Of a stretch of DNA of 51,134 nt, positions 24,995-35,123 are shown in pieces. Within the stretch, counting starts at the first letter, position 1, and each line of letters opens with the position of its first letter. Source of the stretch: a virus. Taxonomy: Duplodnaviria > Caudoviricetes. Where the stretch lies: IMG/VR virus record IMGVR_UViG_3300025429_000023, positions 1 through 51,134 of that record; one strand, 5' to 3'. The translations under genes and the position numbers were made by a program. Under the pieces are notes generated by a model. It was not told the DNA's origin. It worked only from the letters and a program-made list of their open reading frames with translations, and did no database searches.

Positions 24995-25661
24995 GCTGTT
25001 CTTTGTACATTTTTAGGCAATTCCTGTATTTTCCTACATGTTCTAAGAAGGCCTTAGTACATTTAAGAGCAAAATCATCAGTATCCTTCAATCTGGCATT
25101 CTTTTCCGTAGAAAGATACGCTTGGATTTCATCTCCGTATACATTTTTATTGTATCCAAGATGGTCTAGATACTCAATCAGTCGTTTTTCGTTATCGGAG
25201 AACTCTCTAGACAGTTTGGAATTCAATTCCAGTACGTCCTGACGATAAATCGTGTTCAAATAGAACAATGCGTGAGCTAACTCATGATCAATTGTGTTCT
25301 TATCTTTCTCAAGAGCAGCAATAATGTAGAAGGCACCTTCTCTTGGACCATATTCTCTTACAAGATGATACAATTCCTGTTCAAATTCAGTTAGTTCATC
25401 GAACTTAAACAAAGAAATCCATTCATTGAAGATGTGTCCTGGTATGTTGTAACCTTCCCACATATTAAAGTAATCAACAAATCCATTTTTGTCCATATTT
25501 TCTTTAAGAAAATCAAAAACGGAGAACTTTTTGTTAAGAAAATTATCACTTTGAGACTCATAATATTCTTGTGCTCTGAAGAAAGTAAGAGAAATCTCTT
25601 TCATGTTCTTGAATTTAAAGAGCAAAATGTTTCCATCAATAATATCAAGCTTAATTTTCAT
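24966..25661 (-). CDS. hypothetical protein with HEXXH zincin-like motif
   Basis: F.R.QEYYES, W.GYNIP, DHELAHALF, DEIQAY. Confidence 0.7.
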   Translation of the reverse strand: MKIKLDIIDGNILLFKFKNMKEISLTFFRAQEYYESQSDNFLNKKFSVFDFLKENMDKNGFVDYFNMWEGYNIPGHIFNEWISLFKFDELTEFEQELYHLVREYGPREGAFYIIAALEKDKNTIDHELAHALFYLNTIYRQDVLELNSKLSREFSDNEKRLIEYLDHLGYNKNVYGDEIQAYLSTEKNARLKDTDDFALKCTKAFLEHVGKYRNCLKMYKEQLDNRVVNVL

Positions 25662-25827
25662 TAGTAATAATACTGTTGGTTGATAATCATCACGTTTTTA
25701 CCAGCAAGTTTAAGAGATTTCATCATGTTAAACATCGCCAGTTCATCTTTTAAGTTTTCGTCTGTATAATCCGCATACATTTCGTCTTCATCTTCTTCAA
25801 AAAGTTCTTCTTCATTATCAGGAAACA

Positions 25828-26175
25828 TTACAAAACCTCATTCTTACGACCAAGAGAAGCTGGATTCATGCCTTCAGAGACATAAACATAGTTTCCTTTG
25901 TGTAGTGGTGCTAGACATTGACCAACTTTATCAACAATCTTACGATCAGAATCAGAAAGTTTGTCATAATTACGCATAATACCTGACTTTCCGTGAGCTC
26001 CGCTATATCCGGTGTCTACTGAAGGGTAAAAAGGTGCAACTCTGTCACTAGGAATAGACAGATTGTAATTAGACAGCCTCTTAGTTTCTACTTTTTTAGA
26101 AACATTTGGTTTCGATATGACATTTTTGGGCTTGCGTTTGGGTTTGTGCTTAGGAACAGAGCAATAAATCATCAT
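25828..26175 (-). CDS. conserved T4-like basic hypothetical protein
   Basis: PSVDTG...APLHKGNYVYV...GRK; start at MMIYCS after AAGGTG. Confidence 0.7.
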   Translation of the reverse strand: MMIYCSVPKHKPKRKPKNVISKPNVSKKVETKRLSNYNLSIPSDRVAPFYPSVDTGYSGAHGKSGIMRNYDKLSDSDRKIVDKVGQCLAPLHKGNYVYVSEGMNPASLGRKNEVL

Positions 26176-26205
26176 AAAAATCACCTTTGTGTTAAGTTCA
26201 CCCAT

Positions 26206-26234
26206 ATTTTAACACAAAACCCAAAAAATGTCAA
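26206..26234 (-). promoter_or_regulatory. sigma70-type promoter
   Basis: TTGACA-N17-TAAAAT. Confidence 0.7.
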
Positions 26235-26241
26235 ATTTTAA

Positions 26242-26442
26242 TCAATCGTAATAGTAGTCTTCTTCGATATTATGATTTTTGTATGCTTTTGGTTTGAATC
26301 TTGTTGTTGTTACGTTCTTAGCACGTTTAACTTCAACTGATTCACTCGGTTTCTTCTTGGTTTTAATAAAATTTCCACCAAATCCTTCATATTCATCATC
26401 ATATAGATGTTCTTTATGAACACTTACGAGATTTTTAGACAC
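26242..26442 (-). CDS. hypothetical protein
   Basis: GTG start after GGAG. Confidence 0.55.
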   Translation of the reverse strand: MSKNLVSVHKEHLYDDEYEGFGGNFIKTKKKPSESVEVKRAKNVTTTRFKPKAYKNHNIEEDYYYD

Positions 26443-26491
26443 TTTTTTACTCCAATTTCATGTTAATGTCTTTATTTTACTACCGGACACG

Positions 26492-26914
26492 TTACGGTAG
26501 CATATCAGGGAATGCTTCCTTGACAAATGCATAAGTTAAACCATCAACACCTTGATTTTTTCTGAAAATACCAGCAACAACCTCAGCTTCTCTAGGTTCC
26601 AAAGACTCTAGTAGTTGTAGAAGCAACTCATTTTGTTTACGAGGTGATAAATTTTCAGCTGCTGGATCTCCAGCCCTAAACAGATACAACTTTCTTAGTT
26701 CTGTTCCTAACTGGCAATAAGATATTCCTGGTTTGGTATCAGGAACTTTATAATTTTCTGGAATGGAATGTACTTTCCATCGAAAATCGGGGTGAAATGT
26801 CAAAAGCAATACTTCATATAGAGTTTTTGATAAATTATTCTCTATAACTTTCATTTTCTGATTTTTAGTCAATGCTGCATCAAATTCATCAAAGACTTCA
26901 TACATATTCTTCAT
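26492..26914 (-). CDS. conserved T4-like protein adjacent to RNase H (DUF6433-like)
   Basis: E.RKLY.F...QLLESL.P.EA...VKEAFP.LP. Confidence 0.7.
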   Translation of the reverse strand: MKNMYEVFDEFDAALTKNQKMKVIENNLSKTLYEVLLLTFHPDFRWKVHSIPENYKVPDTKPGISYCQLGTELRKLYLFRAGDPAAENLSPRKQNELLLQLLESLEPREAEVVAGIFRKNQGVDGLTYAFVKEAFPDMLP

Positions 26915-27774
26915 TAAAATTCCTCAATTACTTCCATCAAGCTCATTAATTTTTTATCAATAAAATAATTAAAAAGTTTTTGTTTAGTGGCAGGTTTGTT
27001 TTCTTCGTAATTATTTATAATTCTCTCTTTTATTTCCTTTGGAATAAAAGACAAGTCAATCAAGTGTTGATTTCTAGAAAAACCGATTTTAACACCTTCT
27101 ATAGTATAATTTAGAAGATCCTCTTTCAGGAGTTTTTCTAAAGAGACCTTAGAAATTGGTTTCTGTCTAATGTCTTTTACGAAACAATCACCAGGAGAAA
27201 AGATATTAGGAATTCCATCACCTTTATCACCACGAATAATTTTTTCCTTGAGTTCCAGTTCAGGGTTTTCTGATTTAATAAACTTCTTCTGAGCAGGATT
27301 ATACTGCTTTACAGTATACTTGCCTGTGTTGTATTTTTGCAACTGAAGGAAGTCACCGTCACTTGAAATGATGACAATATTCTCATGTGCAATGTGTCTA
27401 GGAACCAGAGTGCCAATAATATCATCAGCCTCTGCACCTTCCACATCAATAACCTTGTAAGGGAAGTTTTCCTTGAGTTCTGTCTTAAACTTGGCCAACA
27501 TATCGAAGATAAGATGCCAATCCAGATCAGACTTTTCTCGGTTCTTCTTTCTACTGGCCTTATAGAATGGAAAGTATTCCTTTCTCCAGTATTTTCGGTT
27601 GTCACAACAAAGGACAACTTCACCATAGTCTTTTTTGAAAGATTTGATGTGGTTACGAAGGATATTGAGGATCAAATGTCTAATGAGATCCTCTTCCAGT
27701 TTGAAGTTCTTTTGATTTGAAATCTGTGCCATCAGACCAGACAACAAAACTTGATTTAGGTCAACGAGTATCAT
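26914..27774 (-). CDS. rnh: T4-type RNase H (5'-3' exonuclease)
   Basis: ILVDLNQ, YWRK..FP.YK..R, EADDIIG, ISSDGDFLQLQ, GDKGDGIPN. Confidence 0.95.
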   Translation of the reverse strand: MILVDLNQVLLSGLMAQISNQKNFKLEEDLIRHLILNILRNHIKSFKKDYGEVVLCCDNRKYWRKEYFPFYKASRKKNREKSDLDWHLIFDMLAKFKTELKENFPYKVIDVEGAEADDIIGTLVPRHIAHENIVIISSDGDFLQLQKYNTGKYTVKQYNPAQKKFIKSENPELELKEKIIRGDKGDGIPNIFSPGDCFVKDIRQKPISKVSLEKLLKEDLLNYTIEGVKIGFSRNQHLIDLSFIPKEIKERIINNYEENKPATKQKLFNYFIDKKLMSLMEVIEEF

Positions 27775-27800
27775 AATTTTTCCATAAAAGTTAGGAAGTC

Positions 27801-27829
27801 ATTCTAACACATAAAAAGTCAAACGTCAA
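27801..27829 (-). promoter_or_regulatory. sigma70-type promoter
   Basis: TTGACG-N17-TAGAAT with TG extension, upstream of rnh. Confidence 0.65.
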
Positions 27830-28167
27830 GCAGTTTCTTCGACCAGTTGTTTCATTAGGTCATCACCAATTTCATCTGAGGTTGTTGTTTTTCTTACAAT
27901 TAATCCATACCAACCAGCAGGTATTAGAAATGAAATATATTCTAGAGGGCAACCCAATATAGCACTAAATCTATCGATGTGTGTTGGGCCTTCGTCACCT
28001 TCTTTAAATAACACAATATCATACGAATCACCCATTGAACTACCACCGATTTTTTCACCACGTTCAATGAGTACACTAGCTTCTACATTAACATTATCAT
28101 CTCTGCTAGGTAGAAATGTAAGACAATCATATTTTTGATTTTTAATAGGTTCTAACATTGGAAGCAT
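27826..28167 (-). CDS. hypothetical protein
   Basis: ORF track; AAGGA SD. Confidence 0.65.
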   Translation of the reverse strand: MLPMLEPIKNQKYDCLTFLPSRDDNVNVEASVLIERGEKIGGSSMGDSYDIVLFKEGDEGPTHIDRFSAILGCPLEYISFLIPAGWYGLIVRKTTTSDEIGDDLMKQLVEETA

Positions 28168-28575
28168 TTAAATTCCTTTTAGATGAGATTTTCTGACTCT
28201 AACCATAATCCATGAATTATAATAGTCATCAGATTCAAGTACATTACGAATAAACTGTTCTTTAGCTTCTAGATAACCACATACACCCTTTGATTTACAT
28301 AAGTGTATAATTTCTCTAGAAAAACATTGTTTGCCTAATTCATTTACATCATTTTGCAATTCACCATTTGATCCATAATATACTTCCCAATCACTATTGA
28401 TTTTAATCTTCTTCTTTTTACCTTTAACCTGTTTGGTTCTAGATGAATAGAAGAATTTCTTTCCTATGTATTTTTTATTGTTGGTCAAATTGGTGATAAT
28501 ATAGACGAATCCATAATTATCACCTATCATATCTTCAGTAAAAGTATTATCTTTATATTTCCATTCTAATGCCAT
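28168..28575 (-). CDS. short GIY-YIG nuclease-domain protein
   Basis: GFVYIITN...KYIGKK...YYGS...REI...E...YYN. Confidence 0.85.
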   Translation of the reverse strand: MALEWKYKDNTFTEDMIGDNYGFVYIITNLTNNKKYIGKKFFYSSRTKQVKGKKKKIKINSDWEVYYGSNGELQNDVNELGKQCFSREIIHLCKSKGVCGYLEAKEQFIRNVLESDDYYNSWIMVRVRKSHLKGI

Positions 28576-28760
28576 GTTTCCTCATCGTCAAATTCATCTT
28601 CAGACTCTTCTATATAGTCTTCAGACAATTCTTCGATGGGTTCACCACAAAAAGGGCAATATTCTGGATATTCTTTTGCTGCTAACATATCAGTATAATT
28701 AATTACAAATTCTGATTCACAATTACTACAATCTCCATTGATTTGTTTGTATAGTGACAT
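28566..28760 (-). CDS. zinc-ribbon protein with acidic tail
   Basis: CSNC...CPFCG. Confidence 0.75.
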   Translation of the reverse strand: MSLYKQINGDCSNCESEFVINYTDMLAAKEYPEYCPFCGEPIEELSEDYIEESEDEFDDEETWH

Positions 28761-28772
28761 TGTTTTTCCTTA

Positions 28773-29756
28773 TTAGGCCCACACATCACCCCAACTTCCA
28801 GATAATGCACCTTTTGCATAATCTGTTGCACGATTTTCAAAAAAGTTGGTATGAGTTGGAGCGTTAATCATCTCCTCTACCCAAGGTAGTGGATTCCTTT
28901 TCACTTTGAAGACACCCTTGAGTCCCAGAGAGATCAATCGGCGATCAGCAATGTAACGAATGTATTTCTTAACATCCTCAGATGACAAATCTTCCATTGC
29001 ACCTGTAGAAAATGCTAAGTCGATGAACTTGTCTTCAAGTTCAACCATTCTTTCTGCAATCGTATAAATTCTGGACTTCAATTCATCATTCCAGATTTCA
29101 CGATTTTCTTCTATGTAGGTCTTGAATAATTTAATCATTGATTCAGTATGTTGAGTTTCATCAACAATAGACCAAGTTACAATCTGACCCATTCCTTTCA
29201 TTTTTCCGTGTCTGGGGAAATTGAGAAGCATAATGAAGGAAGAAAATAACTGCATTCCTTCTGTAAATGCGGAGAAAACAGCAATGTGAGTAGCAGTGCT
29301 AGCAGCATCGCCATTTTTAGACGAAAGTTCCAGAACATAATCGTGTTTCTCCTTCATTTCGGCATATTCCATAAACTCGTTGTAAGTAGTTTCTGGAAGA
29401 CCGAGGGTTTCAATTAAATGGGAGTATGCGGCAATATGTAGGGATTCTCTAGCGGCGAATCCCAATAGCATCATACGAATTTCCGGCTGAGGAAAATAAG
29501 GCAAGTAATTGCGGACATAACCGCCAGCAACATCAATGTCTCCTTGAGTAAAGAAACGAAAAATTTGAGTAAGGAATCGTTTTTCTTCATTTGATAATTT
29601 CTTTTTCCAATCTTTTACATCCTCTAACATTGGAACTTCCGTATGAAGCCAATGTGATTGTTCATGTTTTAACCAAGCGTCATATGCCCAAGCATAATTG
29701 AAAGGTTTAAAGTAAGTTCTTTCATCTGTTAATCTAGTTTCTACTTTTTTAATCAT
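28773..29756 (-). CDS. nrdB: class Ia ribonucleotide reductase beta subunit
   Basis: FFTQGD, RESLHIAAY, EGMQLFSSF, DETQH, NFFENRATDY; start at MIKKVE. Confidence 0.95.
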   Translation of the reverse strand: MIKKVETRLTDERTYFKPFNYAWAYDAWLKHEQSHWLHTEVPMLEDVKDWKKKLSNEEKRFLTQIFRFFTQGDIDVAGGYVRNYLPYFPQPEIRMMLLGFAARESLHIAAYSHLIETLGLPETTYNEFMEYAEMKEKHDYVLELSSKNGDAASTATHIAVFSAFTEGMQLFSSFIMLLNFPRHGKMKGMGQIVTWSIVDETQHTESMIKLFKTYIEENREIWNDELKSRIYTIAERMVELEDKFIDLAFSTGAMEDLSSEDVKKYIRYIADRRLISLGLKGVFKVKRNPLPWVEEMINAPTHTNFFENRATDYAKGALSGSWGDVWA

Positions 29757-29757
29757 A

Positions 29758-31569
29758 TTATCCTTCACATGCAATACAATCGTTACCTTGGGCAATTTGT
29801 GTCATATCAAGTTCTTTGATAACTTCACGTTCAATTCTCTTAGACACTTTATCTGCTTTGCCAATCTTCTCTGAACGGCAATAATACAATGTCTTTACAC
29901 CTTTCTTCCATGCCATAAAATGCATTGCATGAATATACTTAATGTGTGCATCAGGTCTAAAGAATAAATTTAATGATTGTGATTGGTCGATATACCTTTG
30001 TCTATCAGCTGCTAATTCTACAACCCATCTTTGGTCAATTTCCATTGATGTTTTAAATACGTCTTTAGTGTGATCATCCATCCAGGTTAGGTGTTGAACT
30101 GAACCATCATTAGCGATAATGGAAGACCAGATACTATCCAATTCTTCTCTATTAATTCCGATATCAGTATTACCGTTTTGTAGATAATCATGAATAACCT
30201 TATCTAAGTGCTTATTCTTATTGAGGTAGGAACCTGATAATGTGTCTTGTCTGTAAGCATTAGCACGATAAGGCTCAATGCTAGGAGAAGTGTTTCCCAC
30301 AATAATGGATGACGAAGCGTTTGGAGCAATAGCCATGACATGACTAAATCTACGACCAGTACCAACAGCATCAGGAGCTTCTCCCCTTTCCGAACCAAGT
30401 TCTTGATTTGCAACGTCTAATCCTTCTTTAATATGTTTGAAGATCCTATTATTTGCAACTTTAGCCATAACACCTTCAAAAGGAATACTATTGTATTGTA
30501 GATAGGCATGGAAGCCCAGAGCCCCAACACCAATAGAACGCTCTCTCTGAGCCGAATATCTTGCTCTAGAAATAGTATCAGGTGCATTGTCAATAAAGTA
30601 CTGAAGAACATTATCGAGCATCTCAGCAACATCTTTAAGGAAAAGACTATTATTTTTCCAATCATCAAAGTATTCCAGATTTAAGGATGATAAACAACAA
30701 ATGGCCGTTCTCTCTTCATTGGTAGGTAGGATGATTTCGGAACACAGATTTGATTGATTTACCTTTAGACCTTTATCCTTTAGGAATTGTGGTAGCATTC
30801 TATTACTAGTATCAATGAAATGTAAATATGGTTCTCCAGTATGCATACGTAGTTCCATAATCATCTGCCATAAATGCTTTGCAGATACTACTTCACGAAT
30901 TTCTTTTGTGTTAGGATCAACTAATTGCCAATCATCATTTGCATTAGGATCGACCATACAGTTTTCAATAATCTGCATGAAATCATCTGTAATATTAATA
31001 CCATGATGTAAATTTAAACAACGGACATTAGGATCACCCGTTGGTTTACGCATTTCTAAAAATGGAATTATGTCGGGGTGCGAAATATCGAGATAAGCAG
31101 CATATGAACCCCTACGAGTTCTCCCCTGACGGTACGCAAGAGAACTTGAATCATAGATTTTAAGATGTGGCATAACACCAGTAGACTTGTCATCAGCGGA
31201 ACGAATACCAAAGCCAATGCCAACCCCACCACCCAGCATACTAAGCCAATTGGTTTCAGAAAGGTTTTCAACTAATCCCTCCGCAGTATCTTCAATAAAA
31301 TTTAAAAAACAGGAAATTGGCAATCCATTTTTACTTCGGCCAAATGAAAGAATGGGTGTTGCGTAAGACAACCAATGATCACTAGAATAATTATATAGTC
31401 TTTGTGCATGTTCAAGATTGGAACTAAAAAACTTGGAAACAAAAGCGAGTCTTTGTTGAGGAGATATTTCCTCATCTTTCATATAAGATTCTTTTAACCT
31501 TTTGATTCCCAATTCATCAAAAAGTTTATCTTTTTCCAGATCAATTTTAATTCCAAGATATTCTTCCAT
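29758..31569 (-). CDS. nrdA: class Ia ribonucleotide reductase alpha subunit (short, no ATP cone)
   Basis: PISCF, GGGVG, SNLCSEI, APNASSS, KTLYY, C-terminal CIACEG; start at MEEYLG. Confidence 0.95.
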   Translation of the reverse strand: MEEYLGIKIDLEKDKLFDELGIKRLKESYMKDEEISPQQRLAFVSKFFSSNLEHAQRLYNYSSDHWLSYATPILSFGRSKNGLPISCFLNFIEDTAEGLVENLSETNWLSMLGGGVGIGFGIRSADDKSTGVMPHLKIYDSSSLAYRQGRTRRGSYAAYLDISHPDIIPFLEMRKPTGDPNVRCLNLHHGINITDDFMQIIENCMVDPNANDDWQLVDPNTKEIREVVSAKHLWQMIMELRMHTGEPYLHFIDTSNRMLPQFLKDKGLKVNQSNLCSEIILPTNEERTAICCLSSLNLEYFDDWKNNSLFLKDVAEMLDNVLQYFIDNAPDTISRARYSAQRERSIGVGALGFHAYLQYNSIPFEGVMAKVANNRIFKHIKEGLDVANQELGSERGEAPDAVGTGRRFSHVMAIAPNASSSIIVGNTSPSIEPYRANAYRQDTLSGSYLNKNKHLDKVIHDYLQNGNTDIGINREELDSIWSSIIANDGSVQHLTWMDDHTKDVFKTSMEIDQRWVVELAADRQRYIDQSQSLNLFFRPDAHIKYIHAMHFMAWKKGVKTLYYCRSEKIGKADKVSKRIEREVIKELDMTQIAQGNDCIACEG

Positions 31570-31585
31570 ACTTCTTCGCCTATTA

Positions 31586-31945
31586 TTATTCTTTAAAAAT
31601 TGATGCAATGTCTGGAGGAGTCCAACCTTCTGGTTTCTGTACCTTACCGTCGGACCTCTTTAGGACCTTACCATCTTCTCCAATCTTTTGTAGATTACTT
31701 CTTGCAACTTCATCCCAGACTTCTTGTTGCGGAATATTTAGAGTGTGTTCCAATCCTTCGATAACCCATTTAAGATCAGCACAAGCATCTGCAATTTCTA
31801 CAATATCTTGTTGTGAAAAGGCATCCAAAAGTTCGGTATATTCTTCAGCAATGAGTTTCAAGTATAACTTGGATTGTTGTCCGAATCCGGTTTCCAATTG
31901 ATCACATGCTTCCATAAAAACCTTTACATCATCATAACTATTCAT
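31586..31945 (-). CDS. MazG/PRA-PH-like NTP pyrophosphohydrolase
   Basis: LIAEEYTEL, EIADACADL, V.RSN..K, DGKV.KP.GW.PP. Confidence 0.85.
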   Translation of the reverse strand: MNSYDDVKVFMEACDQLETGFGQQSKLYLKLIAEEYTELLDAFSQQDIVEIADACADLKWVIEGLEHTLNIPQQEVWDEVARSNLQKIGEDGKVLKRSDGKVQKPEGWTPPDIASIFKE

Positions 31946-32594
31946 TAATAAACTCCTTAATCATAGGGAAGATAGGTTTAATTGCTTCTGCACAAGCAAT
32001 AGCAACTTCACGGTGTTCTTTTTGTGTTTCGATGCCCGAACGTATCTGTATATAGTGAATCCAAGAACGAATAGAACCCTTCATATACATTCTAGAAACA
32101 GTTAGACCTTCTGGAAGAACTGATCTTGCTTGCTCCTTTGCAATGCCATTTGCAATGGCCCATTTATATGCAACCTGTGCAGCGTTTGTAATGATTTTTT
32201 GTTGTGTCTCCCATTGTTCTTGGAGTGGGAGGTTTGGTATTTCTATACTATTCTGCCGGTTCTTTGGATCTTGCAATCTTGCTTCTTTTGTAACAAAACC
32301 AAGGTCTTGAGTTGGGTCAGCATACCGTTGGGAGAACTCCTGGAAGACAAAGGAACGATGCCTTAGAATCTGACGAGCAATGTCTCTGGTAGTTTCAATT
32401 TCGAGGGCAACGTCTACCATTTCAAGGGGAGACCAATGTTTATGCTTGATTAGATAGTTCACCAACTTCTCAGCAGTTTCGTGGTTATTTTGATTAGATG
32501 GGTTTGATACTCTTGCAACATAAGCAATTTGTTCAAGAAGATTCAATCCGGATTCTTCCATCGTATGACTAAACAATTCAACTTTCACTACCAT
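31938..32594 (-). CDS. thyX: FAD-dependent thymidylate synthase
   Basis: HWSPLE and the RHRSFVFQEFSQRY ThyX motif. Confidence 0.95.
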   Translation of the reverse strand: MVVKVELFSHTMEESGLNLLEQIAYVARVSNPSNQNNHETAEKLVNYLIKHKHWSPLEMVDVALEIETTRDIARQILRHRSFVFQEFSQRYADPTQDLGFVTKEARLQDPKNRQNSIEIPNLPLQEQWETQQKIITNAAQVAYKWAIANGIAKEQARSVLPEGLTVSRMYMKGSIRSWIHYIQIRSGIETQKEHREVAIACAEAIKPIFPMIKEFINE

Positions 32595-33048
32595 AACTCC
32601 ATATTTCTTTTAAATAATCTTCGTCCCAATAATCATAATACTTTGTTTTCTTTAACTTTTCTCTTGCTTCCTCCAATTTGTCTCTAGGTTGTACAAGAAT
32701 GATAGGGTAGACACCGTTACCAGTGTTGATGCCATTGATGTGACCTGGTGTGTCTGGATGATCTTTAAGAAAAATCATATCAGGTCTGACAACTTGAAGG
32801 TCTTTAATTATACACTTTAATTCATCGTCTGTCAATGTTTTATCTTCATTATAGAATATAATAAGTTCAAAATCATTAACAATTTCTATGAAGTTGAGCA
32901 TGAATGCTCTAGGGTCTTTGTAAATGTTAGCGTAAGAAACTTTTCTATTTTCCACTCCTTTCTTTGCAAAAGGACATACTGGTAATCCACCCAATTCAGG
33001 TTGTTTTATTGATACTCTATCAATCCATTTTTTTAAATCTTCTTCCAA
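32578..33048 (-). CDS. hypothetical protein (CPFA motif)
   Basis: LGGLPVCPFA...DHP...YYDYW; TTG start after GGAG. Confidence 0.65.
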   Translation of the reverse strand: MEEDLKKWIDRVSIKQPELGGLPVCPFAKKGVENRKVSYANIYKDPRAFMLNFIEIVNDFELIIFYNEDKTLTDDELKCIIKDLQVVRPDMIFLKDHPDTPGHINGINTGNGVYPIILVQPRDKLEEAREKLKKTKYYDYWDEDYLKEIWSYGSES

Positions 33049-34049
33049 TTTACAAACTCCATTTTCGCTCTCAAATTAACAAATGTGTTATTATGTATAA
33101 TGTCTTGGAGTTCTTCTTTTGTAAATCCATCTAAAATCATTTCGTTGATATCTTTTCTTGTAATCATTTCAGGCCAAATAACTACATTATAATGATTTTC
33201 GATAGCCTTATTCATCAATTTGACAATTTCTTTATTTCTGGGTTCATTATCAAATATTAGTGTTACTTTAGATTTATCAAACACCTCTGTTATAGAGGTT
33301 AGATTAGAATCCGCAGTTGCGACCGAATTGTCTAGGAAGAGAGAATCGATAGGGCCTTCTACGACATAGATCATTTCTTCTTCGTTGACCTGGTCGACTC
33401 CAAAGACTTTCCTGGTGTCATCCAATATCTTAACCGAGATATATCTCATCTTAGATTCACCAAGAGCTCTACCCTGTACCATGGTGAGTTGTCCCTCTTT
33501 GTCATAGAAAGGAATAACAAGTCTTTTGTCGTTGTCAACTAGACCTTTCTTTTCTACACCAAGTTCTTCAATGAATTTCTTAAAATCTGGTGAATAATAT
33601 AGGTTTGATAATTTATTTTGTGGTATCTGTCTATTGATACAGTAATCTTTGGCAAAATGGCCATCAGGTAATTGTTTGATAGATTTTAGATTGATTTTTG
33701 TCTTCTTCTTGAAGACTGGTGTGTTCTTGAATTCTTGAAATTTTGGTTTCTTGTAATTATGAGTTCCAGTTTCACCATTCTTATATCTCTCCAAGGAATA
33801 TTCCTTGACCATAGATGGTTCAACCTTTTCTAGGAAAGTATAGAATGAAATTGATGCGGCACAATTCCAACATTTATAAAAATAATCATTTTTCTTGCGG
33901 TAGATATAACCACGAGCTAAATTTTTATTTTTCTGTGAATCTCCACACAGAGGACACCTGAAGTTGTACAGGTCATCCTTTTTCTGTGTGAACTTTGAAA
34001 GCCTCGGTGAAATCCGAAGCAGAAAACTGCGGTCAATGTATACACTCAT
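33033..34049 (-). CDS. gp61: T4 gp61-like DNA primase
   Basis: NFRCPLCGDS, CWNC zinc finger, QGR, VEGPIDSLF, DNEPRN, KDINEM (TOPRIM). Confidence 0.95.
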   Translation of the reverse strand: MSVYIDRSFLLRISPRLSKFTQKKDDLYNFRCPLCGDSQKNKNLARGYIYRKKNDYFYKCWNCAASISFYTFLEKVEPSMVKEYSLERYKNGETGTHNYKKPKFQEFKNTPVFKKKTKINLKSIKQLPDGHFAKDYCINRQIPQNKLSNLYYSPDFKKFIEELGVEKKGLVDNDKRLVIPFYDKEGQLTMVQGRALGESKMRYISVKILDDTRKVFGVDQVNEEEMIYVVEGPIDSLFLDNSVATADSNLTSITEVFDKSKVTLIFDNEPRNKEIVKLMNKAIENHYNVVIWPEMITRKDINEMILDGFTKEELQDIIHNNTFVNLRAKMEFVNWKKI

Positions 34050-34064
34050 AACAATAAGAAGAAT

Positions 34065-34484
34065 TTAGTTGATGATCTTGGCTATTATATCAGAGTCCAT
34101 ATGAGAAATCAACCATGAGAGTACAATTATTCCACCACCAACGGTCCACTTCCATTGATTTAATTTATTAATTGCTTCTTGATCTTTTTTACTGTTTCTT
34201 TCGATTTGTAGTTTAAGTTCTTTTATTTCTTCCATTATACGAAGTTCGGTAATCTGAACCTTGTCTATAATGGTGTCGATTCGATCATGAACTTCTTTGA
34301 GTTCAGCGTTCTTTTCAGTTCTTCTGTTTTCCATTTCTTGGTATATTTGTGAATTATATCTGTCCTGTTGATTCACAATCTTCTCAATAATCAAATCCAT
34401 TTTTTGACAGAGTGTTGTTAATGACGCTACTTGTGTTTTTAAAACACCAACGTCAACCTTTAACTCTACGTTACTATCAGACAT
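34065..34484 (-). CDS. coiled-coil protein with C-terminal TM helix
   Basis: Heptad-rich; KWTVGGGIIVLSWLI. Confidence 0.7.
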   Translation of the reverse strand: MSDSNVELKVDVGVLKTQVASLTTLCQKMDLIIEKIVNQQDRYNSQIYQEMENRRTEKNAELKEVHDRIDTIIDKVQITELRIMEEIKELKLQIERNSKKDQEAINKLNQWKWTVGGGIIVLSWLISHMDSDIIAKIIN

Positions 34485-34518
34485 GAGAATCCCTTTCGAA
34501 ATTTATAATGAACATCTT

Positions 34519-34530
34519 TATTTATAAATA
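34519..34530. promoter_or_regulatory. overlapping divergent T4 late promoters
   Basis: Palindrome TATTTATAAATA gives TATAAATA on both strands, between divergent genes. Confidence 0.8.
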
Positions 34531-34573
34531 GTGTTGATACAACCCCATTTTAATATAATTAAGGAGAAATAAA

Positions 34574-34798
34574 ATGAATGCTACTCTTATTGCTATTGCG
34601 GCTAATCTAATTTTAGGTTCAGGTGTATTTGATCAAATTAAAGCTGCTGTTATTGCACAAGAATCAAAGATTTTATCTGGAACTGAAAAGAAGAATGCTG
34701 CTGTTGCTCAATTGGCAAAGATCGGTGTTGATACTACAAATAATTTAATCAACCTTGGTATCGAACTTGCAGTTGCTTGGTTAAACGCAAAGAAGTAA
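34574..34798 (+). CDS. small holin-associated/holin-like protein
   Basis: AAGGAG SD; G.EKK..A...IELAV pattern resembles the soluble tails of phage holins. Confidence 0.55.
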   Translation: MNATLIAIAANLILGSGVFDQIKAAVIAQESKILSGTEKKNAAVAQLAKIGVDTTNNLINLGIELAVAWLNAKK

Positions 34799-34802
34799 GA
34801 AC

Positions 34803-35123
34803 ATGAATGAAGTAATATCCTACATTCTAGAAAGATTGAAAGAACCTAGTACCTGGAGAGGTATTATTTGGTTGGTAACAGCTGTAGGATTTGCTTTGTC
34901 TGAAGAAGAAAAGCAAGCTATTGCTACTGCTGGTATGACACTTGTTGGTTTAATTGGTGTCTTTACTAAAGATAATAATAATGGCATAATTAATGAAACT
35001 CCATCTAAAGAAGAAATTCAAACTATGTTGGATGATCATGCAGAAAAAGTTGAAAAGATAGTAAAGGAAAAGAAAAATGCAAAAACTAAAAAACCTAATC
35101 CTGATAACTTTTTTAATGATTAG
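34803..35123 (+). CDS. putative holin / inner-membrane lysis protein
   Basis: RLKEPSTWRG followed by two hydrophobic segments and a charged tail. Confidence 0.65.
   Translation: MNEVISYILERLKEPSTWRGIIWLVTAVGFALSEEEKQAIATAGMTLVGLIGVFTKDNNNGIINETPSKEEIQTMLDDHAEKVEKIVKEKKNAKTKKPNPDNFFND

Noticed and set aside
28773-32594. Introns or inteins in nrdA, nrdB or thyX
   Set aside because: All three are continuous, normal-length ORFs with motifs in order. The GIY-YIG gene at 28168 lies outside them.
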